Made by a program: the position numbers and the translations under genes | In this document: piece after piece, positions 50,108-62,568 of the stretch | Numbering within the stretch: the first letter of the stretch is position 1 | Layout: the number at the start of each line of letters is the position of its first letter | Assembly: GCA_051362555.1 (NCBI GenBank) | Contig: JBPQGU010000013.1 | Location: 248,001-312,000 of the forward strand | Length of the DNA stretch: 64,000 nucleotides | Source: Lingula anatina | Lineage: Eukaryota > Animalia > Brachiopoda | Reading direction: 5' to 3' | The notes under the pieces: generated by a model | Databases searched by the model: none | Told to the model about the DNA's origin: nothing | What the model saw: the letters and a program-made list of their open reading frames with translations, nothing else

Positions 50108-53100
50108 TCACTGTTGTTGTTGTTGTTGTTGTTCTAAGAGGGCCTTCATTCGTTCCTTCCAGGCTAAGTACGTCAGGCCCTCTGCGTTGTCAGGGCAGTA
50201 TGTATGGCCACGGTAGCCGCTATGACCCGCCTGGATGTTGCGTGGTTTTCCACATTTCTTACAGTTGTTTGTTTTTCTGGTCCTCTTAGCCACAACCGGA
50301 GCTGGTGTAGTTGACTGTGGAAGTGGTTGGGACCAGGGTGGAAAACCTGGTATTGGGGTCATCACCGTGGGTGCGAAGGTGGTCCACTGGGCGGGTGCTG
50401 GTGCCAACTGGTGCGGCAGAATGCCAGGTGGAAAAAATCCAACAGGTTGTGGGACCACGACCACTTGTTTGGACTGTGTCTCTGTTGCGCGGGCTGGCTT
50501 CATCTTCTTCTTCTTCTTCTTCTTCCCATCTCTTCTCAGCACCGCAGTGCCTGTGGTGTCTTTAGGCAGGTGGTACTGGTGCGGTGTTCCAGAGGGCACT
50601 GGCAGCCGCGGTAGCAGCTGCCTGGCAGCAGGCAGCGGTGTTGTTGCTGTTGCAGGAGGAGCGGGCAGGGACATCCCCTGTAGAAGGGAGGCCCTGTACT
50701 GCTCATCTGTAGTCCTGTTGTGCCTATGGAAGAAAAGAAAAAAAAAGAATAATCAGGAAATAATCTTTAAATATTCTTAAATCTGAAAGAAAATAAAAAA
50801 TAAAAACTGAAATGAAATTGGAAAAAAAAAAAAAAAAAAGCACTAGCAATATCATTGTATCAGTTTAATTGGTGACTTTTCAGGAATCTAATTTAAGTGA
50901 GGAATTAACATTTTACAATGTTGCTGTGACAGTCGAGTCAGTTGAGAAATTACCATGTATGTAGTGTCCTCATGTTTATGGAGAAGAGCTGGAGGGTTGT
51001 TTTTTCCATCACACGGGCGTTGTTGAAAAGGAGCCTGGTGATCCTCTCATAGTCCCGCATGATGACTCCCCACGGGTGTTGTCTTTTGCCTCCCTTCCAC
51101 GGAGCATCATGGGCCTCCATTAGTTGCATTATGACGGCCTCCACTACCCTGGATTCGGAAGGCTCACGCGCAGGGGTGCCAGTCCCCAGCATGCACCTGA
51201 AAGTACAAAGGAAAAACTTAATTTTTTCTTGTATTATTATTATTATTATTATTATTATTTGGTCTATTTCATGCCAATATCTTCTGAAAAATAAGTGTTA
51301 ATACAATCTTAGCTGAAAAAAAAAAAAAAAAAACTTACTTCTTGACACTCTCCACCCCAGGAGTGATGGTGTTCTTGGAAGAGGCAAATCGCCCCTTTGT
51401 GTGCCTCCTCTTGAAGTGTGGAGTGTAACGGAGGCGTTGTTTGTCCATTTCTGGCAACGCCTCCCAGTGGTGGATTATCTTCTCCACATCTTCGGTTAGG
51501 AGGCACTCCCTCTCGATGGTACGTAGGGAGACGAGTACAGAAGCCAGCTTCGTTACGGCATCATAACCGGGGATATGATGTCTGTCCACTGACTCTGAAG
51601 TCTCATCTACCTTGGGTGTTGGTTCTTCAAGGGGCACCTCTTCTGGAAAGTAAAAAAAAAATATGCCGATATAATGAGGGGGGAGGGGAAAAAAGAAATA
51701 TCACCTGAAAAAAAAAAAAAATAAATAAAATAACCTTGTGTGAACAGAACAGGGCAACTGACTTGCATAGCTACATATCTGGAATTAACATATAAAGAAA
51801 AATAATAATAATAATAAAGAAATAATAATAATAATTACAATAGTAATAATCTAAAAATTTACCTTCTCTGGGTGGAGAGGTATTGGTTGCCTCTGTCACG
51901 GAGGAGGTGTGTGGTCTGGGAGGGATGTGGAATACAGGGTCCTCGTCAGCATCTGCAATTGTGGGATCACAGTCTTCAGAGAACCCCTCATCATCAGCAT
52001 CTTCCTCCACTGTCTCGACAACCTCCTCCTCGGGTGCATCTGGGTCCAGTTTTACAGGTTCTAGGGCCTTTCCCGTCTGATCGAGCAGGTACTCGCACCC
52101 TAGAAGCTCACCTGGAAGTAAAGAGAGAAATGAGAGAATTATTAGTAGCAGGCCTCATTTTTTTTTTCATGTATTTATTTATTTATTTATTTATTTATTT
52201 TTTCCAAAAATAATTTCTTGGCTGCAATTACATCTAAACTAATTATATTCCTATAAATTACACGAAACCTAAATCACTTTAATTACCAGTGTATTTCCTG
52301 GGGACCACAGCATTTGGCACGATGGTATTGCCAAGCACCCGTTCTCCCAGATGGTTCACTGCCTGGACGAGCTGTCCATCATAGCAGCGAAGTTCGGTGT
52401 CCCCATTGTCAATTGCGGCCAGCGCACGATCCTGGTTCCACCGAACAATTCCTTCCAGGATGTAGGCTTGGAAATTTGTGGCAGAGGCACTTTGTCCTGT
52501 TAAAAACAAGAAAAAAGGGAGAAAATTAGCTGCAAGTGTTCAATAACCACAAATTTTCAACAAAAATGTTAAGTTTAATTTAACAAGTACCAATGCATCA
52601 AAATTAAGTCAGTCTAAAGTGATTTTAAATCTACTTTCAGGTAACCAAGCAGTCTGTCGGTGTGTGTGGTTGTGCTTACCGGGAATGAATCTAACAATAT
52701 GAGAATGGAAGCTCTCCAGGGAAACTGAGCCCCTCGCACACCTGTAGACCTTCAGCTCCTTCCCGCCCTTCCTCAGAGTTCCAGTCTGGGTGTACAGAGA
52801 GACCCCTTCGACGTCCTGGAGGCATGGTATGTGGCGCTGTTGAGAGGCCCACATGTCTTGCACTCTCTCGTGATCAAGGAGAGGTACTCCTAGCGCGTCG
52901 CACCCCTGATCACTGTCCAGCGTGTCGACCAGCGACTGCAAGAGACGAGTGGTTTCAGCTACACCGCGGGTGCGGCGACGGCAGTGTTTCTCTAACTCCT
53001 TGCGCGAGATGTGCTGCATGATGTTGTCTGGGCTGACGCCAGCGCCCTGTAGTTGTAGTTGGCCCAGCTTGGCATCTCGAAGTGCTGCCAGATCATCTGC

Positions 53101-53531
53101 GTCCCACTCAAAAATGCAGGCAGACAACTTCTTCATGAAGACGGCGTATAGTGGGTGGCTTTCCGTGGTGACACAGGAGGCGAACCTGCGCATGAAGTGC
53201 CACACGTCCAGTCGCACCACCAGATGGGGCCAGCCAGCAAACAGCTTCTTGACATTGCAGGGACCGGAGGTGGAGCAGCAGTCCCTGTCAACATACATCA
53301 CCTTGGGTGGAGGCTGTTCACTGAGCTGGTACCGCCTCACGAGGCCCTGGGCCATCTTGGTCAGGCCAGCTCCCTCCTGAGCAGTGAGTACTGAGGTCAG
53401 TACCTGGCCGTGTTCATTGCCCACGTTGGTGCACCAGGCAGCTGAGCCTGCAGCCTCTCCTGCCAGCTTTTTGGCTACCTGAAAAACGGAGGGGGGAAAT
53501 ATGACACTTAATACATTTTCTTAAAGAAATT

Positions 53532-53565
<34 letters not shown>

Positions 53566-56500
53566 TTTGTTGTTTTGTTTTCAAAACTGTTCACTGTACA
53601 AAGTTTAAGAGAGCAAATCAGAACAAAAACTGTACATACCTTTTTGGTGGAGTCCATCTTCAAGACGGATCCAAAGGTGGAGGTCACCTTGGCTTTGATC
53701 TCATCAAGCCTCAACAACACGTCACGGACCAGCACAGTTTGTAGCCATGCTGGCCCCGGGAGTCTTTCAAAGGGTAACGGCTGAAGAGGACTTGTTCTCT
53801 GCACAAGGGATGAGCTGGCAAACTTGTCTACAACTGAGAGGAAATTGGCTACCCTGCTTAGCCAATCCCTGGTGTGCTGCTCACACAGTTGCTTACTCAG
53901 CCGAGTAGTGCTGTTCCCAAGAGATCGCTCTCTCAGGAGAGAAACTACCCGGGTAGAGCAAGAGTACCTGCAACAAAGAATCAAGAACAGAATAAGTTAT
54001 AAATGTAAAGACAGAGTTATTTTGTCCGCTGAAATAGATTTTCAAATGAACTGATATTAAATGCAAGAATTCCATAAATTAAAAAAAGAAAAAAAAAGAA
54101 AAGTTTTGAAATTACCTGTATGTGAGCAGTGCTGGAAATTTCCCCCTTGTCGCCACGTCCAGCTGTTGGAGGATTTCCCCACTCCAACCCGCATACTTCT
54201 TGTGACAGGCGCCGCACTCCAGGTACTCAGTGCCCATGTAAAAGTAGCCATCGATGTCAAGGACGCGGCGGACAGTCTTGAAGAAACCGCAGGATGTTAA
54301 CTGGCGACCCTTGCATGATGGCACAGAGCAAGACAGCTGAGCCCTGAACATGCGGCGTGGCATCCAGAGGAAGAAGGGGTGGGTGAAGAAAGGCCCTGCT
54401 GTTCTAGGGGGCTGGGCGTGGACCAGTCTGGGTGATGGTGGGTGCCACCACAGCTGCAGCTCTTGCTTCAGTTGGCCCCGGCGGGTGGTAAACAAGGCAC
54501 GGGAAACCCACTGTGCTTCATGTGGTGGCAGGCTGGCCTTCCATGACAGAGGGATCAGATCAGTGTCATCCACGGGCACTGGAACAAGTGAAGAGCAATA
54601 AGTACAAAATAATAGAGGGGGAAACCTGAAATAAAAGAAAATCATGAACATATATCACACTTTACAAGAGCTGACATACTTTCTCATTACTTTTAAAAAT
54701 TACTCATTCTTACTTATCATGTATCTTCTGCATTGGAGGTTATTAAAAGTAACAGATTAATCACTGCTTGGACTTTGTTTACTTTATGGTCAATAGTTAT
54801 CATTTAAATACATCCTCATATCTTTAACCTTATCACCCACAAACAAAAAAAAGTTATTGCATGTTCAGCTCTTTTATGCTAATCTACAGGCAATACAAAC
54901 ACCAACCACCTCACAGTAAGGAACCCACAGTAATGCAGAAAAAAAAAAAAAGGAAAGCGAAAAAGCGAAAAAGAAAACAAAACCAAAGTGCTGCTGCTGC
55001 TGCTGTGCTGTCACCTTCCAAAACATATAAAAAGAAAACACACCACATGCTACAAGTGTCAGTGAATAAGCCACGTGTGCATTAATAATAAATAAAACAA
55101 TAAAACTCTGAAAGCTTGATTTCAAACTCACCAACACCTGTCCTCCAAAGACTGTGAAAAGAAAACAGGTACAAGAACAATAGAACACTCTTAATGTTTT
55201 ACATTCTGTTTTACACTATTTTCTTTCATTACACTTTGCGCGATTAATTTTATAAAAAATCTTAAAATTCACAATCTAAGCTGTGCAGATTTTCATGAAG
55301 GAATTCTTCTTGTCATCATCACCTTGGCAGGAGGGCTGGGGCGGTATGTGATATGTCACAGACAAAACACTTAATGTAAGGTCAGCAGCTAGGAGTTAAC
55401 TTTTTGCTCACTGAAAATTGACTGGTTAATTTCCAAATTGAATTGACTGGTTAATTTCCAAATTGAATCCCAGCTGTGACCTCAAATTGTTCATGGAAAA
55501 GAAACAAAAAGTCTTTACCTGAATCTGGCAGGGAGCTCTGCCTTTTGGTCTCCTGTTGGGGTATGGTGTCAGGAGCGGCAGCTGTACTGGTGCCAGCACC
55601 AGCTGAGGCAGGGACAGGTAGCTCTGGGCGTTCCAAGTCGCTCACTTCCTCAGGGTCTACGGCTGTCGCTTTAAATGAACAAAATTAGAATATACTGAAG
55701 TAAAAGTGGCAACAACTGTAAAAAGATGTTAGAAAGCTACTCTTAAAACAAGGGTCCTTACGTCAATGAAATTACCATGAATTACATTTACCTCTGGTGG
55801 TGGGTTTAGGTTTCTTGGCAACGGCGGTGTTGGTGCTGTCTGGGGCAGGAAGGGGGGCGTCCACCACTTCCACATCCTCAGACTTGGGCAGGGTCGCCGT
55901 TGCTGGAAAAAAAAAAAAATGAATAACGGAATAAATACACTGATACAGAAGCACACATCAACTATTAAATTTGAAAAAAAAAAAAAAAAAATGTGTGTAA
56001 TAATACATGTGTCATTTACCTCTTCTTGATTTCTTAAGATTGGGTGTTGGCCCTGGGGGACCAAGCTGTCTCTTCACTCCAGCTTTGAGCCCTGCTGGTG
56101 ACAGATGACTGCCGACCATGAGGCTCTGAAGTGAGCTGGAGGATACTGGGACAGGCTTGGCAGGTGGTGTGGGTTTTGCCTGCCTCTCCTTGGTCTTGGC
56201 AGCAATAGCCTCCCGACCCTGGGGGAACAGCTCAAGGTACTCCTATGTGAAGTCAATAAAGGTGATTAAGACAGGTACCCTGACAATAAAGGCATTGTCC
56301 AATTGAAATGAATGTTAATTACTATCATCTCTTTCAATAATGGAAACTAGTACAACTGATTTATATTACTGTGTGTGCTAAGATACAAACAATGCGTTGT
56401 ACCTTTCCTGGGAGGTGACCTTCAGTCCGACTAGTTTGTGTTACAAGACCACTTTAACAATACTAGATATCAGTGACTTGAGGACAGATATGTCAGATAC

Positions 56501-57347
56501 TTAAACTATGATGTTTGTCTGTATCCACAGTAACTGAATACTTGAAGTATTATTCACCACAAACCAGTATAACACCAATGAAAGACTTATAAAAGACATG
56601 GGGAGGGGGGGGGGGGGTGCAGACAACTAACCTTACACCATGGGGCATTACTTTCAATCTTTCAATACCTTACACATTACATATAGTAAGGCAATCAAAA
56701 AAGATTTAAAAGGAAAGATTTTACCTTGAGCTTGTATTTGTTCACACCCAGCGGGCCGGGGTGTGGAGTCTCCCTGCTCAGACTCTCTGCCAAGTAGGCG
56801 GCATACCCCAGGGAGTTCTCGACCAGCCACCGGAAGGTCTGCCCCCGGTATTTTCCAAACTGCAGCCTGTGATGCCCCAGAAGGTGTTTCTTGTCGGTGA
56901 CATCCAGGCCGAGCTGGATGACTGCAGACCTGGCCTCCTCCGCAACCTTCTCCGGTGGTTTGGCAGCGGCGGTGAGGGAGGCAGTGGCTGCAGAAGCAGC
57001 AGCCCTCCTCGCGGCGTTACTCTCACCGAGCGTCAGTGCTCCATCCGACCTCCTCCTGAACACTGGGTCGCTTGATCTGGTCGAGGGGAGTGGCGTTTTC
57101 GGTTCATCTGCAAAGAAATCCAGACATGTCATGTCGAGCACCCACCCACGTGGATTTTTCCCGCGAAAAGGTAATTATTGCGATAAAAGCGGAAAGGTGC
57201 AACTGGTTGCGCCGACTGATACGTCGGCGTGCTCGGTACTACTTGAGCTTTTCATCGGTGTCGGTGTTTAAATTATCTAGTCCGTTTAAAGCGAGCAACG
57301 GGCAGGTGAATCGCTGAGTCGAGAGAAAACTTACCTCTTGTCGCCAT
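50108..57347 (-). CDS. Dada-type DDE transposase (MuDR/IS256-related fold, probably DUF6729-containing), 13 exons, ~1363 aa, apparently intact
   Basis: Hand-spliced GT-AG exons (minus strand): 57347-57335, 57107-56725, 56242-56020, 55902-55792, 55668-55519, 54578-54116, 53967-53640, 53478-52680, 52496-52287, 52111-51863, 51642-51339, 51196-50954, 50723-50108. All phases are compatible and the total is 4092 nt. Motifs: KMDSTKK (D1), YVDRDCC (D2), RLDVWH (DxxH), RGSVSLESFH (E), N-terminal Cys pairs CSVPSC...ECGAC and C-terminal C-x2-C-x9-H-x8-C. Exons 1, 4 and 5 (low-complexity linker) are the least certain. Confidence 0.85.
55416..55465. repeat. 25-bp tandem duplication in transposase intron 5
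   Basis: AATTGACTGGTTAATTTCCAAATTG occurs twice in a row; also present in copy 1 near 46396-46445. Confidence 0.9.
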
Positions 57348-57567
57348 GTTGAATAGCTTGTGCTTGACGACTCCTGTACCACGTGACCTCTTTTCTGCGG
57401 CCGTAATTCGCTGATTTCGCCTACGTCATCGCTGATTTTCGACCAGATCGCTGATTTTGGGTTTGTGATTGGTTGGAATCGCTGATTTGAGGAAAATCAG
57501 CGATGACGTATGCATGAGTCGTCATGTGATTCGGGGTCACTCTACAGAGAAGCTACGCATGTCCCCT
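57348..57567 (-). promoter_or_regulatory. Terminal/promoter region of copy 2
   Basis: 220 bp between the element end and the ATG. CCAAT (minus strand, 57468-57472), GTCACGTG E-box (CACGTG at 57380-57385), two TGACGT half-CRE motifs within a 19-bp inverted repeat (57422-57440 / 57492-57510), and five TCGCTGATTT copies. Promoter activity is inferred. Confidence 0.6.
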
Positions 57568-57573
57568 GCGCAA
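57568..57573 (+). other. GCGCAA target-site duplication / spacer between tandem copies 2 and 3
   Basis: Identical context to 48554: ACAGAGAAG at 57544-57552 and CTTCTCTGT at 57589-57597. Confidence 0.85.
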
Positions 57574-58483
57574 AGGAACCCACTCAATCTTCTCTGTCGG
57601 CCCAGCGCAAAAAAGAAAAAAAGAAAAAGGCAAAAAATGCGAAAATTACGCCAAAAATCCCGGGGCGGATGGGGCAATTTCGGCGCGCAACTTGGCACCA
57701 GATGCGTTTCAAGCCCCAAAAACGATTAAAAACGTTAGTGCGCACCTGGAATGTTTGCCGTGGCCGGGTGAATGGTTCCCCCCTAAAGAAAGGACCCCAC
57801 GCCTAGTTCCTGTAAACATTGCGGTTTGTTGTGGTCACATGACCGTGTCACAGTAGCCGACGGCCAAATGACCGTTAACATCGTCAAAAAAGGCCCTTCT
57901 CCTGCTCCTGCAGTTGAGAAATGTGCTACAAAGTAGCAAATTGACAAACGCAAACAAAACACAGCATCAAAATACAGAACGAAAGTGCCCGGCGTTATAA
58001 CGAAAGTGCATAACGAAAGTGCATGTGTATGCAAATGCAAATCGCCAAAAACGGGCCAAACTTGCGCCCTCTAGGAGTTAAGTAGGAGTTAAGACCCAGA
58101 TCTTGGCTGAATAGCGTCGCCTAATGCGTTTGCATGCTAAAAAAACGTAAATAACCTTGGTTGTGACAGATTGCTACAGTTGAGATCGTGGTGGGGAAAG
58201 AAGGGGAGGGGGGGGAATACAGAAACGTGCTCTGCATTCTACTTTCAATTTACTTGTACTGTTCATCAAAATTAAATTAAATGTACAAATTCCGTTTTAT
58301 TTTCAGTTTACTGTTTTTTTTAAAATCAATATACAAATTGAAACAAAGAATGCAGGTTGTATATGAATCAAATTTATTGAACCTCAATGCAGATAGCAGT
58401 TTTTTTCTGCGTTGTAGTTGCATAAATGATTGAAATAAGTCAGTGATTTTTTTTTTAATATATATATATATATATAAATAGAT

Positions 58484-58915
58484 GATAGTCCAGCTGTCTT
58501 GTTGTTTTTGCATCACAGTTGCATTGAATAAGTAGGTGATAGTCCAGCTATCTTGGAACAAATTATTGCACAGTTGTTTTTGCATCGCAGTTGCATTGAA
58601 TAAGTAGGTGATAGTCCAGCTATCTTGGAACAAATTATTGCAGAGTTGTTTTTGCATCGCAGTTGCATTGAATAAGTAGGTGATAGTCCAGCTATCTTGG
58701 AACAAATTATTGCACAGTTGTTATTGCATCGCAGTTGCATTGAATAAGTAGGTGATAGTCCAGCTATCTTGGAACAAATTATTGCACAGTTGTTTTTGCA
58801 TCGCAGTTGCATTGAATAAGTAGGTGATAGTCCAGCTATCTTGGAACAAATTATTGCACAGTTGTTTTTGCATTGCAGTTGCATTGAATAAATAAGAGAT
58901 AGTCCAGCTATCCTT
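58484..58915. repeat. 72-bp minisatellite, copy 3
   Basis: Same as 49479-49910 at an offset of +9005. Confidence 0.95.
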
Positions 58916-59112
58916 GAATAAGTGAATTGCCAGCTAACCAAGCTATTGCACACTTCCCTTGCATTGTTTGTTGCATTAATGACAGTCCAGCTGTCTGTGT
59001 ATAAATATATGATGACAGTCCAGCTGTCTTTGTATAATTAAATAAAAAATGACACTCCAGCTGTCGAGAATAATGTCATTTTGGGAAGACACAGTCCTTA
59101 TTTATACTGCCC

Positions 59113-62100
59113 TCACTGTTGTTGTTGTTGTTGTTGTTCTAAGAGGGCCTTCATTCGTTCCTTCCAGGCTAAGTACGTCAGGCCCTCTGCGTTGTCAGGG
59201 CAGTATGTATGGCCACGGTAGCCGCTATGACCCGCCTGGATGTTGCGTGGTTTTCCACATTTCTTACAGTTGTTTGTTTTTCTGGTCCTCTTAGCCACAA
59301 CCGGAGCTGGTGTAGTTGACTGTGGAAGTGGTTGGGACCAGGGTGGAAAACCTGGTATTGGGGTCATCACCGTGGGTGCGAAGGTGGTCCACTGGGCGGG
59401 TGCTGGTGCCAACTGGTGCGGCAGAATGCCAGGTGGAAAAAATCCAACAGGTTGTGGGACCACGACCACTTGTTTGGACTGTGTCTCTGTTGCGCGGGCT
59501 GGCTTCATCTTCTTCTTCTTCTTCTTCTTCCCATCTCTTCTCAGCACCGCAGTGCCTGTGGTGTCTTTAGGCAGGTGGTACTGGTGCGGTGTTCCAGAGG
59601 GCACTGGCAGCCGCGGTAGCAGCTGCCTGGCAGCAGGCAGCGGTGTTGTTGCTGTTGCAGGAGGAGCGGGCAGGGACATCCCCTGTAGAAGGGAGGCCCT
59701 GTACTGCTCATCTGTAGTCCTGTTGTGCCTATGGAAGAAAAGAAAAAAAAAGAATAATCAGGAAATAATCTTTAAATATTCTTAAATCTGAAAGAAAATA
59801 AAAAATAAAAACTGAAATGAAATTGGAAAAAAAAAAAAAAAAAAGCACTAGCAATATCATTGTATCAGTTTAATTGGTGACTTTTCAGGAATCTAATTTA
59901 AGTGAGGAATTAACATTTTACAATGTTGCTGTGACAGTCGAGTCAGTTGAGAAATTACCATGTATGTAGTGTCCTCATGTTTATGGAGAAGAGCTGGAGG
60001 GTTGTTTTTTCCATCACACGGGCGTTGTTGAAAAGGAGCCTGGTGATCCTCTCATAGTCCCGCATGATGACTCCCCACGGGTGTTGTCTTTTGCCTCCCT
60101 TCCACGGAGCATCATGGGCCTCCATTAGTTGCATTATGACGGCCTCCACTACCCTGGATTCGGAAGGCTCACGCGCAGGGGTGCCAGTCCCCAGCATGCA
60201 CCTGAAAGTACAAAGGAAAAACTTAATTTTTTCTTGTATTATTATTATTATTATTATTATTATTTGGTCTATTTCATGCCAATATCTTCTGAAAAATAAG
60301 TGTTAATACAATCTTAGCTGAAAAAAAAAAAAAAAAAACTTACTTCTTGACACTCTCCACCCCAGGAGTGATGGTGTTCTTGGAAGAGGCAAATCGCCCC
60401 TTTGTGTGCCTCCTCTTGAAGTGTGGAGTGTAACGGAGGCGTTGTTTGTCCATTTCTGGCAACGCCTCCCAGTGGTGGATTATCTTCTCCACATCTTCGG
60501 TTAGGAGGCACTCCCTCTCGATGGTACGTAGGGAGACGAGTACAGAAGCCAGCTTCGTTACGGCATCATAACCGGGGATATGATGTCTGTCCACTGACTC
60601 TGAAGTCTCATCTACCTTGGGTGTTGGTTCTTCAAGGGGCACCTCTTCTGGAAAGTAAAAAAAAAATATGCCGATATAATGAGGGGGGAGGGGAAAAAAG
60701 AAATATCACCTGAAAAAAAAAAAAAATAAATAAAATAACCTTGTGTGAACAGAACAGGGCAACTGACTTGCATAGCTACATATCTGGAATTAACATATAA
60801 AGAAAAATAATAATAATAATAAAGAAATAATAATAATAATTACAATAGTAATAATCTAAAAATTTACCTTCTCTGGGTGGAGAGGTATTGGTTGCCTCTG
60901 TCACGGAGGAGGTGTGTGGTCTGGGAGGGATGTGGAATACAGGGTCCTCGTCAGCATCTGCAATTGTGGGATCACAGTCTTCAGAGAACCCCTCATCATC
61001 AGCATCTTCCTCCACTGTCTCGACAACCTCCTCCTCGGGTGCATCTGGGTCCAGTTTTACAGGTTCTAGGGCCTTTCCCGTCTGATCGAGCAGGTACTCG
61101 CACCCTAGAAGCTCACCTGGAAGTAAAGAGAGAAATGAGAGAATTATTAGTAGCAGGCCTCATTTTTTTTTTCATGTATTTATTTATTTATTTATTTATT
61201 TATTTTTTCCAAAAATAATTTCTTGGCTGCAATTACATCTAAACTAATTATATTCCTATAAATTACACGAAACCTAAATCACTTTAATTACCAGTGTATT
61301 TCCTGGGGACCACAGCATTTGGCACGATGGTATTGCCAAGCACCCGTTCTCCCAGATGGTTCACTGCCTGGACGAGCTGTCCATCATAGCAGCGAAGTTC
61401 GGTGTCCCCATTGTCAATTGCGGCCAGCGCACGATCCTGGTTCCACCGAACAATTCCTTCCAGGATGTAGGCTTGGAAATTTGTGGCAGAGGCACTTTGT
61501 CCTGTTAAAAACAAGAAAAAAGGGAGAAAATTAGCTGCAAGTGTTCAATAACCACAAATTTTCAACAAAAATGTTAAGTTTAATTTAACAAGTACCAATG
61601 CATCAAAATTAAGTCAGTCTAAAGTGATTTTAAATCTACTTTCAGGTAACCAAGCAGTCTGTCGGTGTGTGTGGTTGTGCTTACCGGGAATGAATCTAAC
61701 AATATGAGAATGGAAGCTCTCCAGGGAAACTGAGCCCCTCGCACACCTGTAGACCTTCAGCTCCTTCCCGCCCTTCCTCAGAGTTCCAGTCTGGGTGTAC
61801 AGAGAGACCCCTTCGACGTCCTGGAGGCATGGTATGTGGCGCTGTTGAGAGGCCCACATGTCTTGCACTCTCTCGTGATCAAGGAGAGGTACTCCTAGCG
61901 CGTCGCACCCCTGATCACTGTCCAGCGTGTCGACCAGCGACTGCAAGAGACGAGTGGTTTCAGCTACACCGCGGGTGCGGCGACGGCAGTGTTTCTCTAA
62001 CTCCTTGCGCGAGATGTGCTGCATGATGTTGTCTGGGCTGACGCCAGCGCCCTGTAGTTGTAGTTGGCCCAGCTTGGCATCTCGAAGTGCTGCCAGATCA

Positions 62101-62536
62101 TCTGCGTCCCACTCAAAAATGCAGGCAGACAACTTCTTCATGAAGACGGCGTATAGTGGGTGGCTTTCCGTGGTGACACAGGAGGCGAACCTGCGCATGA
62201 AGTGCCACACGTCCAGTCGCACCACCAGATGGGGCCAGCCAGCAAACAGCTTCTTGACATTGCAGGGACCGGAGGTGGAGCAGCAGTCCCTGTCAACATA
62301 CATCACCTTGGGTGGAGGCTGTTCACTGAGCTGGTACCGCCTCACGAGGCCCTGGGCCATCTTGGTCAGGCCAGCTCCCTCCTGAGCAGTGAGTACTGAG
62401 GTCAGTACCTGGCCGTGTTCATTGCCCACGTTGGTGCACCAGGCAGCTGAGCCTGCAGCCTCTCCTGCCAGCTTTTTGGCTACCTGAAAAACGGAGGGGG
62501 GAAATATGACACTTAATACATTTTCTTAAAGAAATT

Positions 62537-62568
<32 letters not shown>

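Larger units (their letters stand above)
48560..57567 (-). mobile_element. Full-length (~9.0 kb) autonomous Dada-superfamily DNA transposon, U6 snRNA-targeting type, copy 2
   Basis: Bounded by GCGCAA on both sides. No long TIRs, only AGG...CCT ends plus a 9-bp subterminal inverted repeat. One end resembles U6. Encodes a DDE transposase with a DxxH motif, antisense to the U6-like sequence. Matches the recalled description of Dada-U6 (Kojima and Jurka 2013); not database-verified. Confidence 0.88.

Noticed and set aside
50108-57347. Tandemly duplicated host gene, or a canonical MULE/hAT element
   Set aside because: The DDE/DxxH motifs with defined ends and a 6-bp GCGCAA spacer, and the absence of long TIRs or 8-9 bp TSDs, fit Dada better.
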